Numbered from the stretch's first letter, positions 8,524 through 19,300 are shown. The stretch: DNA of 64,000 bases from Gemmatimonadota bacterium (GCA_046758745.1 JBHIAV010000001.1:1-64000); one strand, 5' to 3'. Translations and numbers: made by a program. Notes: a model not told the origin generated them from the sequence alone.

Positions 8524-9384
8524 ATGGGCGAGTCGCCGCAGACCAAACGGGCGAGGGAAGCCTCCGGATCCCTCGACCTGTACCTGCGCGAGATCAGCTC
8601 GCACCGGCTGCTCGACCGTCAGGAGGAGGTCGAGCTGGCCAGGCGCATCCGTGCCGGCGATCGGGAGGCCCTGAACAGGCTCGTCCGGGGAAACCTGCGC
8701 TTCGTCGTGTCGGTCGCGAAACGGTACCAGAATCACGGCGTGGCGCTGGCAGATCTGGTCAACGAGGGCAACCTGGGGCTTATCCGGGCGGCGGAGAAGT
8801 TCGACGAGACGAAGGGCGTCCGCTTCATCAGCTATGCGGTGTGGTGGATCCGCCAGGCCATCCTGCAGGCGATCGCCGAGCAAGGCGGCATCGTTCGAAT
8901 CCCGGTCGGCAAGGCGGACCGGGCGAACCAGGTTGCGCGAGAGGCGCGGAGTTTGAGCCAGCAACTGGGGCGTCGCGTCTCCCCGGACGAGATCGCGGCC
9001 GAGCTCGAGCTTTCCGTCGAGGAGGTTCGTGAGGCGCTGAGCGCGGGCAACGGATACGTGTCGCTGGATGCGCCGGTCAGCGAGTCGCAGGACGCGCGGC
9101 TCCTCGACTTGATCCCCAACTCCGAGGAGGAGACGGCCCACGAGCGCACGCAGAGGAACGCCCTTCGCAACGCCCTCGAATCAAGCCTCACCCACCTTCC
9201 GGAGCGCGAGGCGTTGGTCCTCAGGCTGTACTTCGGGCTGGAGGACGGAGAGCCGCGCACCTTGGAGCAGATCGGATCGAGGCTCGGCGTGAGCCGCGAG
9301 CGTGTTCGTCAGATCAAGGATCGGGCGCTCGCGAGGCTGCGCTACGGCGCGCGTGGCGCCGTGCTGGAAAGCTTCTATCGGTGA
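8524..9384 (+). CDS. Sigma-70 family factor, RpoD/SigA-like, lacking region 1.1
   Basis: LDLYLREI, NLRFVVSVAKRY, DLVNEGNLGL, FISYAVWWIRQ, TLEQIG...SRERVRQI. Confidence 0.93.
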   Translation: MGESPQTKRAREASGSLDLYLREISSHRLLDRQEEVELARRIRAGDREALNRLVRGNLRFVVSVAKRYQNHGVALADLVNEGNLGLIRAAEKFDETKGVRFISYAVWWIRQAILQAIAEQGGIVRIPVGKADRANQVAREARSLSQQLGRRVSPDEIAAELELSVEEVREALSAGNGYVSLDAPVSESQDARLLDLIPNSEEETAHERTQRNALRNALESSLTHLPEREALVLRLYFGLEDGEPRTLEQIGSRLGVSRERVRQIKDRALARLRYGARGAVLESFYR

Positions 9385-9396
9385 TAGCGGAGGCGG

Positions 9397-9425
9397 TTGA
9401 CACTTTATCGTCCTGGCGCTAGCTT
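9397..9425 (+). promoter_or_regulatory. Sigma70 promoter of the rplM operon
   Basis: TTGACA-17 nt-TAGCTT. Confidence 0.8.
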
Positions 9426-9449
9426 TGTTGGCTGCGAGTGAAACGTGAA

Positions 9450-9489
9450 AGCCGCCCTCGCGTCCGCACACAGGGCGGTTCATTTTTTT
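9450..9489 (+). terminator. Terminator-like hairpin in the rplM leader
   Basis: AGCCGCCCT/AGGGCGGTT stem followed by CA and T7. Confidence 0.6.
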
Positions 9490-9584
9490 CTCTAGCTCCA
9501 CCGCCGGGAGCCTGCGCCCCTCGGCCGGAGGAGCTTGAACCGCGAGCCTCCGTGACGCAAGGCACGAGTAGCTACGGGGCCTCC

Positions 9585-10013
9585 ATGAAGACGTACACGG
9601 TCAAAGCGGGCGAGGTCGAGCGGAGCTGGTACCTGGTCGACGCCCGGGGCAAAGTCCTGGGGCGGCTTGCCACCGAGGTCGCCCGCATCCTGCGCGGCAA
9701 GCACAAGCCGACCTACAGCCCTCACCTCGACGTGGGGGATTACGTCATCGTTGTGAACGCGTCTCAGGTGCGTCTTACAGGTCGCAAGCCATTGCAGAAG
9801 CAGTACTTCCGGCACAGCGGCTACATGGGTGGCGAACGCCTCGTACCCTTCCGTACCATGCTGCGGCGCCGTCCGGAGTGGGTGATCGAGCGCGCGGTGA
9901 AGGGCATGCTGCCGAAGAACACCCTCGGTCGCCAGATGGCGAAGAAGCTGCGCGTATATGCGGGGGCCGAGCACCCCCACGCCGCCCAGTCGCCGATCCC
10001 GCTCGAGCTGTAG
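9585..10013 (+). CDS. rplM: 50S ribosomal protein L13
   Basis: MKTYTVK, WYLVDA, LGRLATE, GKHKPTY, KGMLPK. Confidence 0.98.
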   Translation: MKTYTVKAGEVERSWYLVDARGKVLGRLATEVARILRGKHKPTYSPHLDVGDYVIVVNASQVRLTGRKPLQKQYFRHSGYMGGERLVPFRTMLRRRPEWVIERAVKGMLPKNTLGRQMAKKLRVYAGAEHPHAAQSPIPLEL

Positions 10014-10106
10014 CGCCATGCTGATTCCCACCGGAGGTGCGGAGGGGCGCGCCACTACGGAACAGCTCACCACTACGGGACACGGGCTGACGAGGAGCGG
10101 CGGCAG

Positions 10107-10493
10107 ATGACGACGGTTCAGGCGGTCGGGCGCCGGAAATCGGCAGTGGCTCGGGTGTGGCTCCGGCCCGGCGACGGCTCGTGGGAGATCAACGGCCGGT
10201 CCCTCGAGGAGTACTTCCCCCTCCTCCGCCACCGACACGGCGTCATGAAGCCCCTCGTGGTCTCGGGGGCCGAGGGACGCTACTCGGTTCGCGTCCGCAT
10301 CACCGGTGGCGGCATCACCGGACAGGCGGAGGCCGTCCGGCTGGCCCTCGCTCGCGCCCTAGTCGCTGACGATCCCGACCGTCGGTCGGCGCTCCGCTCC
10401 CACGACCTGCTGACGCGTGATCCACGAATCGTGGAACGGAAGAAGCCCGGCAGGCCGAAGGCGCGGAAGCGGTTCCAGTTCTCGAAGCGGTAA
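10107..10493 (+). CDS. rpsI: 30S ribosomal protein S9
   Basis: GRRKSAVARV, GGGITGQAEA, ERKKPG...QFSKR. Confidence 0.98.
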   Translation: MTTVQAVGRRKSAVARVWLRPGDGSWEINGRSLEEYFPLLRHRHGVMKPLVVSGAEGRYSVRVRITGGGITGQAEAVRLALARALVADDPDRRSALRSHDLLTRDPRIVERKKPGRPKARKRFQFSKR

Positions 10494-10574
10494 GAGACCG
10501 CAGCGCACCGTGCTCGCTCCCGGGGAGCGGGAATGCGCCCACCCTGAGGCGAGCAGGAAGGAGAAGAGCTTCGC

Positions 10575-11717
10575 ATGGCAGATGTTGGTCTGAAGGATCT
10601 CTTGCAGGCCGGCGTCCACTTCGGCCACCAGACGCATCGGTGGAACCCGAAGATGCGGAAGTACATCTTCGCGGATCGCGGTGGGATCTACCTCATCGAC
10701 CTGAAGAAGACGCTGCGCGAGCTGATTCGCGCCGGCGAGCTGGTGCGCGAGACGGTGCTGGCGGGCCAGTCGGTTCTGTTCGTGTGTACCAAGCCCCAGC
10801 TGGCGGAGATCGTGCGGAGCGAAGCGGAGCGCTGCGGGGCGTTCTACGTGACCGAGCGGTGGCTCGGCGGCATGCTGACGAACTTTCAGACGATACGGAA
10901 GAACATCCGGCGACTGAAGGATCTCGAGCGCGGCACCTCCGAGGGCATCTTCGAGTTCTACACAAAGAAGGAGCGGCTTCTTCTCCAGCGGGAGCGGCAG
11001 AAGCTGGAGCGCTACCTCTCCGGAATCAAAGAGATGACCCGGCTTCCCGGTCTCGTCTACGTGGTGGACGCGAAGAAGGAGGAGATCGCCGTGCGGGAGG
11101 CGAACCGGCTGGAGATTCCGGTCGTGGCGATCGCCGACACCAACGCCGATCCGGATCTGCTCAGCGTGCCGATCGCCGGCAACGATGATGCGATCCGCTC
11201 CGTGTCGCTCATCACGCGCACGATCGCCGACGAGATCGAGACTGCCAAGCGGGAGGCCCCGCAGGCTCGGATCGACGAGGAGGACGAGGTGTTCACCTAC
11301 TCCTCCGATGTCGGTGAGACGGAAGAGGCACCTGCCAAGCGGCGAAAGAAGCGCGCCCGGCCGCGCCGCCGCCCGAAGCCCGAGCTGATCGCCCGGCGCC
11401 GCCATTCCACGGAGGAAGGCGAACGATCCGAGGCCGGCGAGGAGGAAGGCGAACGATCGGAGGAGGGCGAGGAACCCTCCGCGACGTCCTCCGGGGAGAA
11501 CGCGGAAGATGCCGGAAAGGCGGAACCGCGGGGCTCGCCCGCCGAGGTGGTGCCTGGGGTCGAGAGTGCCGAGGGCGAAGCGGAAGTGGCGCAGAGTGCC
11601 GAGGACGAAGCGGAGGTGGCGCCGGGCGTCGAGAGTGCCGAGGACGAAGCCGAGGCGGCGGCCGGGGTCGAGGCCGTCGAGGCGGACCGGAAGGACGACG
11701 GCTCCGGCGGCTCCTGA
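10575..11717 (+). CDS. rpsB: 30S ribosomal protein S2 with long acidic C-terminal tail
   Basis: AGVHFGHQT..WNPKM, RWLGGMLTN, DTNADP..GNDDAIRS. Confidence 0.98.
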   Translation: MADVGLKDLLQAGVHFGHQTHRWNPKMRKYIFADRGGIYLIDLKKTLRELIRAGELVRETVLAGQSVLFVCTKPQLAEIVRSEAERCGAFYVTERWLGGMLTNFQTIRKNIRRLKDLERGTSEGIFEFYTKKERLLLQRERQKLERYLSGIKEMTRLPGLVYVVDAKKEEIAVREANRLEIPVVAIADTNADPDLLSVPIAGNDDAIRSVSLITRTIADEIETAKREAPQARIDEEDEVFTYSSDVGETEEAPAKRRKKRARPRRRPKPELIARRRHSTEEGERSEAGEEEGERSEEGEEPSATSSGENAEDAGKAEPRGSPAEVVPGVESAEGEAEVAQSAEDEAEVAPGVESAEDEAEAAAGVEAVEADRKDDGSGGS

Positions 11718-11729
11718 GGAACGGCGAGC

Positions 11730-11753
11730 GGCCACTCCGGTGGCCTTTTTTTT
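11730..11753 (+). terminator. Intrinsic terminator between rpsB and tsf
   Basis: GGCCAC-TCCG-GTGGCC followed by T8. Confidence 0.8.
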
Positions 11754-11843
11754 CGGTTGGCGACCGGGCGCCTGTCCGTCCGGTCGGTCGGGGGTGGAGC
11801 GAGCCGGTCGGTGCCCGTAGCGGGAGGAGATCGAGATTCCTCG

Positions 11844-12704
11844 ATGACACAGATCACTGCAACCGCGGTGAAGTCCTTGCGCGACAGAACCGGCGCCGGG
11901 ATGATGGATTGCAAGCGCGCCCTTGAAGAGGCCGCGGGCGATGAGGAGAAGGCGATCGACATCCTGCGCCAGCGCGGTGCCGCCAAGGCGGCGAAAAGGT
12001 CGGCGCGGGAGACGACCGAGGGCACGCTGGCTATCGCCCGCCACCCGGATGCGGGATCGGCCGCGATGGCGGAGCTGGCCAGCGAGACGGACTTCGTGGC
12101 CCGCAACGAGGAGTTCCTCGGGGTCGCCGAGCGAGCCGCTCGGGCGGCGCTCGACGCTCCCCTCCCGAACGGCGAGGTCGTGGGGGGCGGTGCGCTCCTC
12201 GACCTCCCCGAGCACGCCGACCTGAGCGATGAGCTCAACGAGCTACGGGGGAAGATCGGCGAGAACATCCAGCTCGTCCGTGTGGTGCGTTTTGCCCCGG
12301 CGCCGCAGGGCACCGTCGGGTCGTACCTTCACTTCGGCAACAGGATCGGGGTGCTGGTGGAGCTGGGAGGTGCGGCTCCTTCGCAGGCGGTCTCCGGCTT
12401 GGCCCGTGATCTGGCGCTCCACATCGCGGCCGCGGCCCCGATCGGGATCGCCCCGGACGACATCCCGAAGACGGAGAGAGAACGCGAGCGCGCCGTGCTC
12501 ACGGAACAGGCCCGACAGGAGGGGAAGCCGCCGGCGATCGTCCAGAAGATCGTCGAGGGCCGGCTGCGAAAATACTACGAGCAGAACGCCCTGCTCCTCC
12601 AGGGCTTCGTGAAGGACCCGGACATCCGAATCGAGTCTCTCCTCCACGGCGTCTCGCCGGACCTCTCGGTGCGCCGGTTCGTCCGCTTCGAGGTCGGAGC
12701 CTGA
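11844..12704 (+). CDS. tsf: Elongation factor Ts
   Basis: LRDRTGAGMMDCKRAL, SETDFVARN, IVEGRL, VRRFVRFEVG. Confidence 0.97.
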   Translation: MTQITATAVKSLRDRTGAGMMDCKRALEEAAGDEEKAIDILRQRGAAKAAKRSARETTEGTLAIARHPDAGSAAMAELASETDFVARNEEFLGVAERAARAALDAPLPNGEVVGGGALLDLPEHADLSDELNELRGKIGENIQLVRVVRFAPAPQGTVGSYLHFGNRIGVLVELGGAAPSQAVSGLARDLALHIAAAAPIGIAPDDIPKTERERERAVLTEQARQEGKPPAIVQKIVEGRLRKYYEQNALLLQGFVKDPDIRIESLLHGVSPDLSVRRFVRFEVGA

Positions 12705-12707
12705 CGG

Positions 12708-13421
12708 GTGGACGAGCTCAAGTACCGCCGCGCCCTTGTCAAGCTCTCCGGTGAGTCCCTGGCGGGAGATCAGGGCTTCGGCATCGCCCCGCCCGTGGTG
12801 GAGCAGCTCACGAACGAGATCCGAGCGGTGCACGACGCGGGTGTCCGGCTCGGGCTGGTGGTCGGCGGGGGCAACATCGTGCGGGGCACGGTCGCCAGCC
12901 AGCAGGGGATGGACCGCGTCTCCGCCGATTACATGGGGATGCTGGCCACGATCATCAACGCCCTGGCGCTGCAGGACGCGCTGGAACGGGACTCGATCGA
13001 CACGCGGGTGATGACGGCGATCCGCATGGATGAGCTCGCCGAGCCGTACATCCGGCGGCGGGCACTGCGCCACCTCGAGAAAGGGCGCGTCGTCATATTC
13101 GCGGGAGGAACGGGCAATCCCTACTTCTCCACCGACACGGCGGCCGTGCTGCGAGCGATCGAGATGGAGGCCGACGTGATCCTGAAGGCGACGAACGTGG
13201 ACGGCGTGTATTCGTCGGATCCTGCTACCGACCCGGATGCGGAGTTCATACCCAGCATCACCTACCTGGACGTGATGACGAAGGAACTCGAGGTTATGGA
13301 CGCCGCGGCGATCTCCCTGTGCAAGGAGAACCGTCTTCCCGTCATCGTGTTGAACATCCGGCGGCCGGGAGCGATACTGTCCGCCCTGCGTGGGGAGCCG
13401 ATTGGTACGCTGGTAGGCTGA
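12708..13421 (+). CDS. pyrH: UMP kinase
   Basis: [29 protein letters not shown]. Confidence 0.97.
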   Translation: MDELKYRRALVKLSGESLAGDQGFGIAPPVVEQLTNEIRAVHDAGVRLGLVVGGGNIVRGTVASQQGMDRVSADYMGMLATIINALALQDALERDSIDTRVMTAIRMDELAEPYIRRRALRHLEKGRVVIFAGGTGNPYFSTDTAAVLRAIEMEADVILKATNVDGVYSSDPATDPDAEFIPSITYLDVMTKELEVMDAAAISLCKENRLPVIVLNIRRPGAILSALRGEPIGTLVG

Positions 13422-13434
13422 GAGGGTACGGACG

Positions 13435-13992
13435 ATGGCGAGCGATCCGCTGAAAGAGGCGGCTCACCACATGGCCCGCTCGGTGGAGATCGTGGTGCGA
13501 GAGTTCAGCGGCGTGCGGACCGGGAAGGCGAGCCCGGCCCTGCTCGACACCGTCCGTGTCGAGGCGTACGAGACGACGATGGCGCTCAACCAGCTGGCGA
13601 ACGTGAGCGCTCCGGAGCCGCAGCTCCTGGTGGTCCAGCCGTACGACCCGAAGCTGGCGGGTACGATCGCCAGGGCGATCCAATCCTCCGACCTCGGGCT
13701 GAACCCGAGCGTGGACGCGCAGGTGATCCGCGTGCCGATCCCGCCTCTGACGGAGGATCGGCGCAAGGAGATGGTGAAGGTCCTTCACCGCATGGCAGAA
13801 GAGGGCCGTATCGCGGTCCGCCACGTCCGCCAGAACACGAAGAGCGACCTGCAGAAGAGACAGAAGGACGGGGAGCTGAGCGAGGACGAGCTGCACCGTC
13901 GGCTCGAGACGCTGCAGCAGCTGACCGATGAGCACGTCGGCAAGATCGATGAGCTGCTCAGGCGCAAGGAGGCGGAGGTCATGGAGGTTTGA
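13435..13992 (+). CDS. frr: Ribosome recycling factor
   Basis: RTGKASP, LGLNP, PPLTEDRRKE, RIAVRHVR. Confidence 0.97.
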   Translation: MASDPLKEAAHHMARSVEIVVREFSGVRTGKASPALLDTVRVEAYETTMALNQLANVSAPEPQLLVVQPYDPKLAGTIARAIQSSDLGLNPSVDAQVIRVPIPPLTEDRRKEMVKVLHRMAEEGRIAVRHVRQNTKSDLQKRQKDGELSEDELHRRLETLQQLTDEHVGKIDELLRRKEAEVMEV

Positions 13993-14255
13993 TGCGCCGT
14001 CCTCCACCCTGCCGAATCGATCTCCGCCGGGCGTTCGACATCTACGTGAGGGGACGAAGCCGGAACACCGATCCGGAGGAGAAGGCGCGCCGGGTGTCCT
14101 CGCCGGTCGACCCCCCCGACGCCGGAGCGGCGGCCCTGGAGAGTGGTGTCCGTCCGCCGGCCCGCTTCGGGGTGCCGATCCCCGAGCGCCTCGACTTTCA
14201 CCGCGGCGCCGGCACGTGGCGGGAAAGGCTTGCTCCCGGCCACGGGGAGCGCTGA
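13992..14255 (+). CDS. Possible small ORF or gene remnant coupled to frr
   Basis: TGATG overlap with the frr stop; no recognisable domain. Confidence 0.25.
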   Translation: MRRPPPCRIDLRRAFDIYVRGRSRNTDPEEKARRVSSPVDPPDAGAAALESGVRPPARFGVPIPERLDFHRGAGTWRERLAPGHGER

Positions 14256-14385
14256 GGCTTCCTCCGCGGCTCGCTCCCGTGTCTCGCCGGTCGGCGCGAT
14301 GGTCTTCGCCGCCGTCGCGCGCGCAGGATCCGATCTTCCGCCTTTTGCCCGGCGTCTGACGGCCGCCGCAGCCACGAGACGCCCG

Positions 14386-15819
14386 ATGTCCGAGAGTCTG
14401 GAGCGCCGTTTCGGCGCGCTCCTCGAACGTCACCCGCAACTGCTGCCGCCGTCGAGTCGCGTGCTGGTGGCGTTCTCCGGCGGACCCGACTCGACGGCTC
14501 TCCTCGCCCTGCTGAGCGCGGTCCGCGAAGCGCACGGGTTCGACCTCGTCGCGGCACATTTCGACCACGGCCTCCGTCCCGACAGCGCGGACGAGGCCCG
14601 GCGTGTCGCGGGGTGGGCGAGGGGACTCGGGGTGCCGTGCGAGGTCGGGCGCGCACCGCGCGGGATCAGACCCCGTCAGGCCGAGCTCCGAGCGGCGCGG
14701 TACGCCTTCCTGGAACGGGTGGCCGCCGCGCTGGGCGCCGATCGCATCGCCACGGGCCATCAGGCCGACGACCAGGCCGAGACAGTGCTGTTTCGACTCT
14801 TCCGCGGGAGCGACCTGCGGGGGCTGAGCGGCATCCCCGTGCGGCGTGGACGCATCGTTCGCCCGCTCCTCGGCTTCTGGCGGGGAGAGATCCGGGAGTA
14901 TCTTCGCCTACGGGGGCTGTCGTACCTGGAGGATCCCTCCAACCGGGACCCCCGTTGGATGCGCACCCGCCTCAGGCTGCTCGTGATCCCGGCGCTGGAA
15001 GAGGTGCTGGGACCGGAGGTCAGGCGTCGGCTGGTGGCGCTCGGGCGAACGGCCCGGCGCGCCGAGCGGGTGCTGGAGGCCGCGGCCGTGCAGGCGCTTG
15101 CCGAGTGTGTCGAGCCGGCTGACCCGGCGAGCGATGCGGGATCCGCACGCGGCGGTGCGCGGCCCGAGTCCGCCGCCCCGGCGGCTCTGGACAGCGGGGC
15201 GGGGGCGGTCACTCTGGATCGCAGCGCCCTCCTGCGCCACCCGGATGAGATCCGGGCCCGGGTCTTGCGCCGCCTGTGCCGCGTCAGGGGAGTGGCGCTC
15301 ACCCGCGGCGGAACCCGCGCCGGTATGGAGTTTATGAGCCGTGGCCGCAGCGGCGGACGGGTCGACCTGGGCGGGGGGCTCGCCTTGGGCCGCGAGTTCG
15401 GGCAACTGGTGCTGTATCGGCCGTCCGGTCCGAGCCCCAGCCGAAAGCTGTCGATCCCCGGTCCCCGGGCGGGGGAAGGCTCGCTCGAGCTCGGCGGCCG
15501 ATCGTACCTGGTTCGCTGGGGGAGGCGGAGCTCGGCGCCGCCCTCGCCGCTGCGCGTTGCCCTGCCGGCCGAGCACGGACAGTTTCCCCTTGAGCTTCGG
15601 AGCTGGGAGCCGGGGGACCGCATCCGGCTGCCTGGCGGGACGAGGAAGTTGAAGCGACTTTTCGGTGATCGGCGGATCCCGCGCTCCCGAAGGGAGGGGA
15701 TCCCGGTGCTCGCCGACGCGAGCGGCAGAGTTCTCTGGGTGGTCGGGCTCGTATGTGACCGCGACGTGGAGGCCTTCGTCGAACAGGGTGAGGCTTTCGT
15801 GATCGAGTTGAGCGAATGA
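14386..15819 (+). CDS. tilS: tRNA(Ile)-lysidine synthetase
   Basis: AFSGGPDS, HFDHGLR, GHQADDQAET, RPLL, EDPSN; TilS C-terminal domain. Confidence 0.95.
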   Translation: MSESLERRFGALLERHPQLLPPSSRVLVAFSGGPDSTALLALLSAVREAHGFDLVAAHFDHGLRPDSADEARRVAGWARGLGVPCEVGRAPRGIRPRQAELRAARYAFLERVAAALGADRIATGHQADDQAETVLFRLFRGSDLRGLSGIPVRRGRIVRPLLGFWRGEIREYLRLRGLSYLEDPSNRDPRWMRTRLRLLVIPALEEVLGPEVRRRLVALGRTARRAERVLEAAAVQALAECVEPADPASDAGSARGGARPESAAPAALDSGAGAVTLDRSALLRHPDEIRARVLRRLCRVRGVALTRGGTRAGMEFMSRGRSGGRVDLGGGLALGREFGQLVLYRPSGPSPSRKLSIPGPRAGEGSLELGGRSYLVRWGRRSSAPPSPLRVALPAEHGQFPLELRSWEPGDRIRLPGGTRKLKRLFGDRRIPRSRREGIPVLADASGRVLWVVGLVCDRDVEAFVEQGEAFVIELSE

Positions 15820-16430
15820 CCGCGGTGGTTCAGGATGGCGCCAGGCGTCTGATGGACAGCGCGCTGCTGGCCCGCACCGGAGGGCGCGAGCTGAAGCGGG
15901 TCGTCTTCTCGGCGGAGGAGATCGCGGCCCGGGTGATCGAGATGGGAAAGGCGATCACCCGGCACTACCCGCTCGGCGAGGACCTGCTCGTGCTGGGGCT
16001 GCTGAAGGGATCGTTCATCTTCCTCAGCGACCTGGTGCGTTGCATCGACCGCCCCGTGCACATCGACTTCCTGGTGGCCTCGAGCTACGGGAGGGGGACG
16101 ACGTCGTCGGGCGTGGTGAAGCTCCTGTACAACCCGACCGCCCCGATAGAGGGTAGGCACCTGATCCTGGTCGAGGACATCGTGGACAGCGGCAGCACGC
16201 TCAACCGCCTGACGAGCGCGCTGCTCGAGCGGAGCCCCGCCTCCCTGGAGGTGTGCACGCTGCTTCACAAGCACCTGGCGGAGACACTGCTTCTGGAGCC
16301 CCGCTGGGTCGGCTTCGACGCGCCGCGTGAGTTTCTGGTCGGGTATGGCCTGGACCATGCGGAGGATTTCCGCCACCTGCCGTTCGTGGCGAGCATTCAG
16401 GAGGGAGTCGTACGCGATGAACAAGCGTGA
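15816..16430 (+). CDS. hpt: Hypoxanthine phosphoribosyltransferase
   Basis: [26 protein letters not shown]. Confidence 0.95.
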   Translation: MTAVVQDGARRLMDSALLARTGGRELKRVVFSAEEIAARVIEMGKAITRHYPLGEDLLVLGLLKGSFIFLSDLVRCIDRPVHIDFLVASSYGRGTTSSGVVKLLYNPTAPIEGRHLILVEDIVDSGSTLNRLTSALLERSPASLEVCTLLHKHLAETLLLEPRWVGFDAPREFLVGYGLDHAEDFRHLPFVASIQEGVVRDEQA

Positions 16431-18402
16431 CAGGACCCCCGACCCCGGACGGGCGGCCCGCCTCCTGAGGACTGCCTCCTTCTGGGCGCTCATCGTGCTC
16501 ATTCCGATGGCCATATTCCAGGTCATGAGCAGCGGCCGGAAGGCGGAGAAGGAGCTGAGCTACACGGAGTTCCGCGAGCAGATGGCGGCCGGCAACATCG
16601 TGCGGGTGACGATTCGCGAGAGTCGCAAGGTGCAGGGCGAGCTCAAGAGCCCGCTGCAGGAGGCCGGCCAACCGATCCACCGCTTCCATACCCTCCTGCC
16701 GACCGAGGCGAGCCAGGAGCTCCTCGACCAGCTCGAAGCGGCCGGGGTCGAGATGCGCGCCGAGGAGCAGGGGAGCAACTGGGTGAACCTCCTGGTGGGC
16801 GTGCTCCCGTGGGTGCTGATCATCGGACTTTGGTTCTTCTTCTTTCGTCAGATGCAGGCAGGCGGATCGCGGGCGTTCAGCTTCGGAAAGTCGAAGGCCA
16901 AGCTCCTCACCGCGGATACGCCGCAGGTCACTTTCGCCGACGTGGCCGGCGCCGACGAGGCCAAGGAGGAGCTCCAGGAGATCATCGAGTTTCTCAAGGA
17001 CCCGGCCAAGTTCCGCCGTCTGGGCGGCCGACTGCCGAAGGGTGCTCTTCTGGTGGGTCCTCCCGGCACCGGAAAGACGCTTCTGGCTCGCGCGGTGGCC
17101 GGAGAAGCGGCGCGCCCCTTCTTCTCGATGTCGGGCTCCGACTTCGTGGAGATGTTCGTCGGGGTGGGGGCCAGCCGGGTACGCGACCTGTTCGAGCAGG
17201 GCAAGGCTCACGCGCCGTGCATCATCTTTATCGACGAGATCGATGCCGTCGGTCGCCACCGGGGGGCCGGGCTCGGTGGTGGGCACGATGAGCGGGAGCA
17301 GACGCTCAACCAGCTGCTCGTCGAGATGGACGGCTTCGAGTCGAACGAGGGTGTCATCCTGCTGGCGGCCACGAACCGTCCCGACGTCCTCGACCCGGCT
17401 CTGCTTCGCCCCGGGCGCTTCGATCGGCAGATCGTGGTGGACAGCCCGGACGTGAAGGGGCGCGAGGGGATCCTGCGCGTACACGTTCGTGACATACCGC
17501 TCGCCGACGACGTCAACCTGAGCGTTCTGGCCAAGGGCACGCCCGGCCTCTCCGGCGCGGACCTCGAGAACATCGTCAACGAGGCCGCCCTCCTCGCCGC
17601 CCGCATGGACAAGGACCGGGGGTACATGGAGGATTTCGAGGCGGCGAAGGACAAGGTCATGCTGGGAGCCGAGCGCAAGAGTCTCGTCATCTCCGACGAA
17701 GAGCGGCGCGTCACGGCCTTCCACGAGGCGGGGCACGCCGTGGTGGGGCTCCGGGTCCCGGGCCTGGATCCGCTGCACAAGGTGACGATCGTGCCGCGCG
17801 GGCGGGCGCTCGGGATCACCTCATCCCTTCCCGAGGAGGATCGGCACAACTACACGAAAGAGTGGCTCGAGGGGCAGCTCATCATGCTGTTCGGCGGCCG
17901 CGTGGCCGAGGAGATCGTCTTCGGCGACAAGAAGATCACCACCGGGGCGGGGAACGACATCGAGCGCGCGACCACGATCGCACGCCGCATGGTGACCCAG
18001 TTCGGGATGTCGGAGGCGATCGGCCCGATGACCGTGGGCGACCGGGAGCAGGAGATCTTCCTGGGCCGCGAGATCAGTCAACGGCGTGAGGTGAGCGAGC
18101 ACACCGCGGAGCTGGTGGACGCCGAGATCAAACGGATCCTGGACCGGGCGTACGAGGCGGCAGGAAGCGTGATCCAGGACAACAGGGAGCTCCTGGAGCG
18201 GATCGCGGACGCGCTGCTCGAGCGTGAGACGCTGGACGCGGAGGACGTGAAGCTGCTCGCCGAGGGCAAGCCGCTCCCGGCCTTGCCGCCGGTCACGCCG
18301 CCCCTCGCTCAGCCCGAGGCGGCCCGGGAGGCGGCCTCCGCGTCGCCGACCGGGAAGCCGGTGGAAGGAGCCGGCGGAGAGCCATCGCCGGCGCTCGCCT
18401 GA
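16417..18402 (+). CDS. ftsH: ATP-dependent zinc metalloprotease FtsH
   Basis: Two TM helices, [20 protein letters not shown]. Confidence 0.98.
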   Translation: MNKRDRTPDPGRAARLLRTASFWALIVLIPMAIFQVMSSGRKAEKELSYTEFREQMAAGNIVRVTIRESRKVQGELKSPLQEAGQPIHRFHTLLPTEASQELLDQLEAAGVEMRAEEQGSNWVNLLVGVLPWVLIIGLWFFFFRQMQAGGSRAFSFGKSKAKLLTADTPQVTFADVAGADEAKEELQEIIEFLKDPAKFRRLGGRLPKGALLVGPPGTGKTLLARAVAGEAARPFFSMSGSDFVEMFVGVGASRVRDLFEQGKAHAPCIIFIDEIDAVGRHRGAGLGGGHDEREQTLNQLLVEMDGFESNEGVILLAATNRPDVLDPALLRPGRFDRQIVVDSPDVKGREGILRVHVRDIPLADDVNLSVLAKGTPGLSGADLENIVNEAALLAARMDKDRGYMEDFEAAKDKVMLGAERKSLVISDEERRVTAFHEAGHAVVGLRVPGLDPLHKVTIVPRGRALGITSSLPEEDRHNYTKEWLEGQLIMLFGGRVAEEIVFGDKKITTGAGNDIERATTIARRMVTQFGMSEAIGPMTVGDREQEIFLGREISQRREVSEHTAELVDAEIKRILDRAYEAAGSVIQDNRELLERIADALLERETLDAEDVKLLAEGKPLPALPPVTPPLAQPEAAREAASASPTGKPVEGAGGEPSPALA

Positions 18403-18406
18403 ACCG

Positions 18407-19294
18407 GTGACGCCCGCGGCCGGCCGGCCGCCCGAGGCGCCGCCTCTCCCCGGTCGCTGGCGGATTCGCGGCGGTGGTATCCGGCTCGACCGTCCGGTCA
18501 TCATGGGCGTGTTGAACGTGACGCCGGATTCTTTCTCGGACGGCGGGCTTTTCCTCGAAGTCGATGCTGCGGTGGCGCGGGCCGAGGTGCTGGTCGAGGA
18601 GGGAGCCGACCTGGTGGATGTGGGCGGCGAGTCCACCCGCCCCGGCGCCGCACCGGTGCCTCTCGAGGAAGAGTGGCGCCGCGTCGGACCCGTGGTCGAA
18701 CGCCTGGCCGCTCGCTCGATCACCGTCTCGGTGGACACCACGAAGAGCGAGGTGGCGCGGCGGGCGCTCGAGGCGGGCGCGTCCGTCCTCAACGATGTCT
18801 CCGGCCTTCGCTTCGACTCGAGGATGGCCGACCTTGCGGCTCGGCACGGCGCCGGCCTGGTGGTCATGCACATGCGCGGCGACCCCGCCACCATGCAGCG
18901 GGACGTGGTGTACGAGGACCTGATCGGGGAGGTACGGGCCTGCCTCGAGGGTGCACTCCGCGTCGCGGAGGAGCGCGGGTGCGCGCCCGAGCAGGTGGTG
19001 ATCGACCCCGGCATCGGCTTCGGGAAATCTGTCGAAGGCAACCTCGAGCTGCTGGGTCGGCTGGACGAGTTCGTTGCGCTCGGCCGACCCATCTTGATCG
19101 GGCCCTCCCGAAAGTCGTTCGTCGGACGGCTGCTCGACGTGCCCACGGAGGAGCGCCTCGAGGGGACCATCGCCGCCTGCGTGATGGCGCTCGAGCGAGG
19201 AGCGCGCATCTTCCGGGTCCACGACGCACGGCCCGTGCGGCGCGCCCTCGACGTGGCCGAGGCGATCCGTGGCACCACGGTGGCGCGGGAGTGA
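18407..19294 (+). CDS. folP: Dihydropteroate synthase
   Basis: MGVLNVTPDSFSDGG, GGESTRPG, DPGIGFGK, SRKSF, RVHD. Confidence 0.97.
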   Translation: MTPAAGRPPEAPPLPGRWRIRGGGIRLDRPVIMGVLNVTPDSFSDGGLFLEVDAAVARAEVLVEEGADLVDVGGESTRPGAAPVPLEEEWRRVGPVVERLAARSITVSVDTTKSEVARRALEAGASVLNDVSGLRFDSRMADLAARHGAGLVVMHMRGDPATMQRDVVYEDLIGEVRACLEGALRVAEERGCAPEQVVIDPGIGFGKSVEGNLELLGRLDEFVALGRPILIGPSRKSFVGRLLDVPTEERLEGTIAACVMALERGARIFRVHDARPVRRALDVAEAIRGTTVARE

Positions 19295-19300
19295 GGGCGG

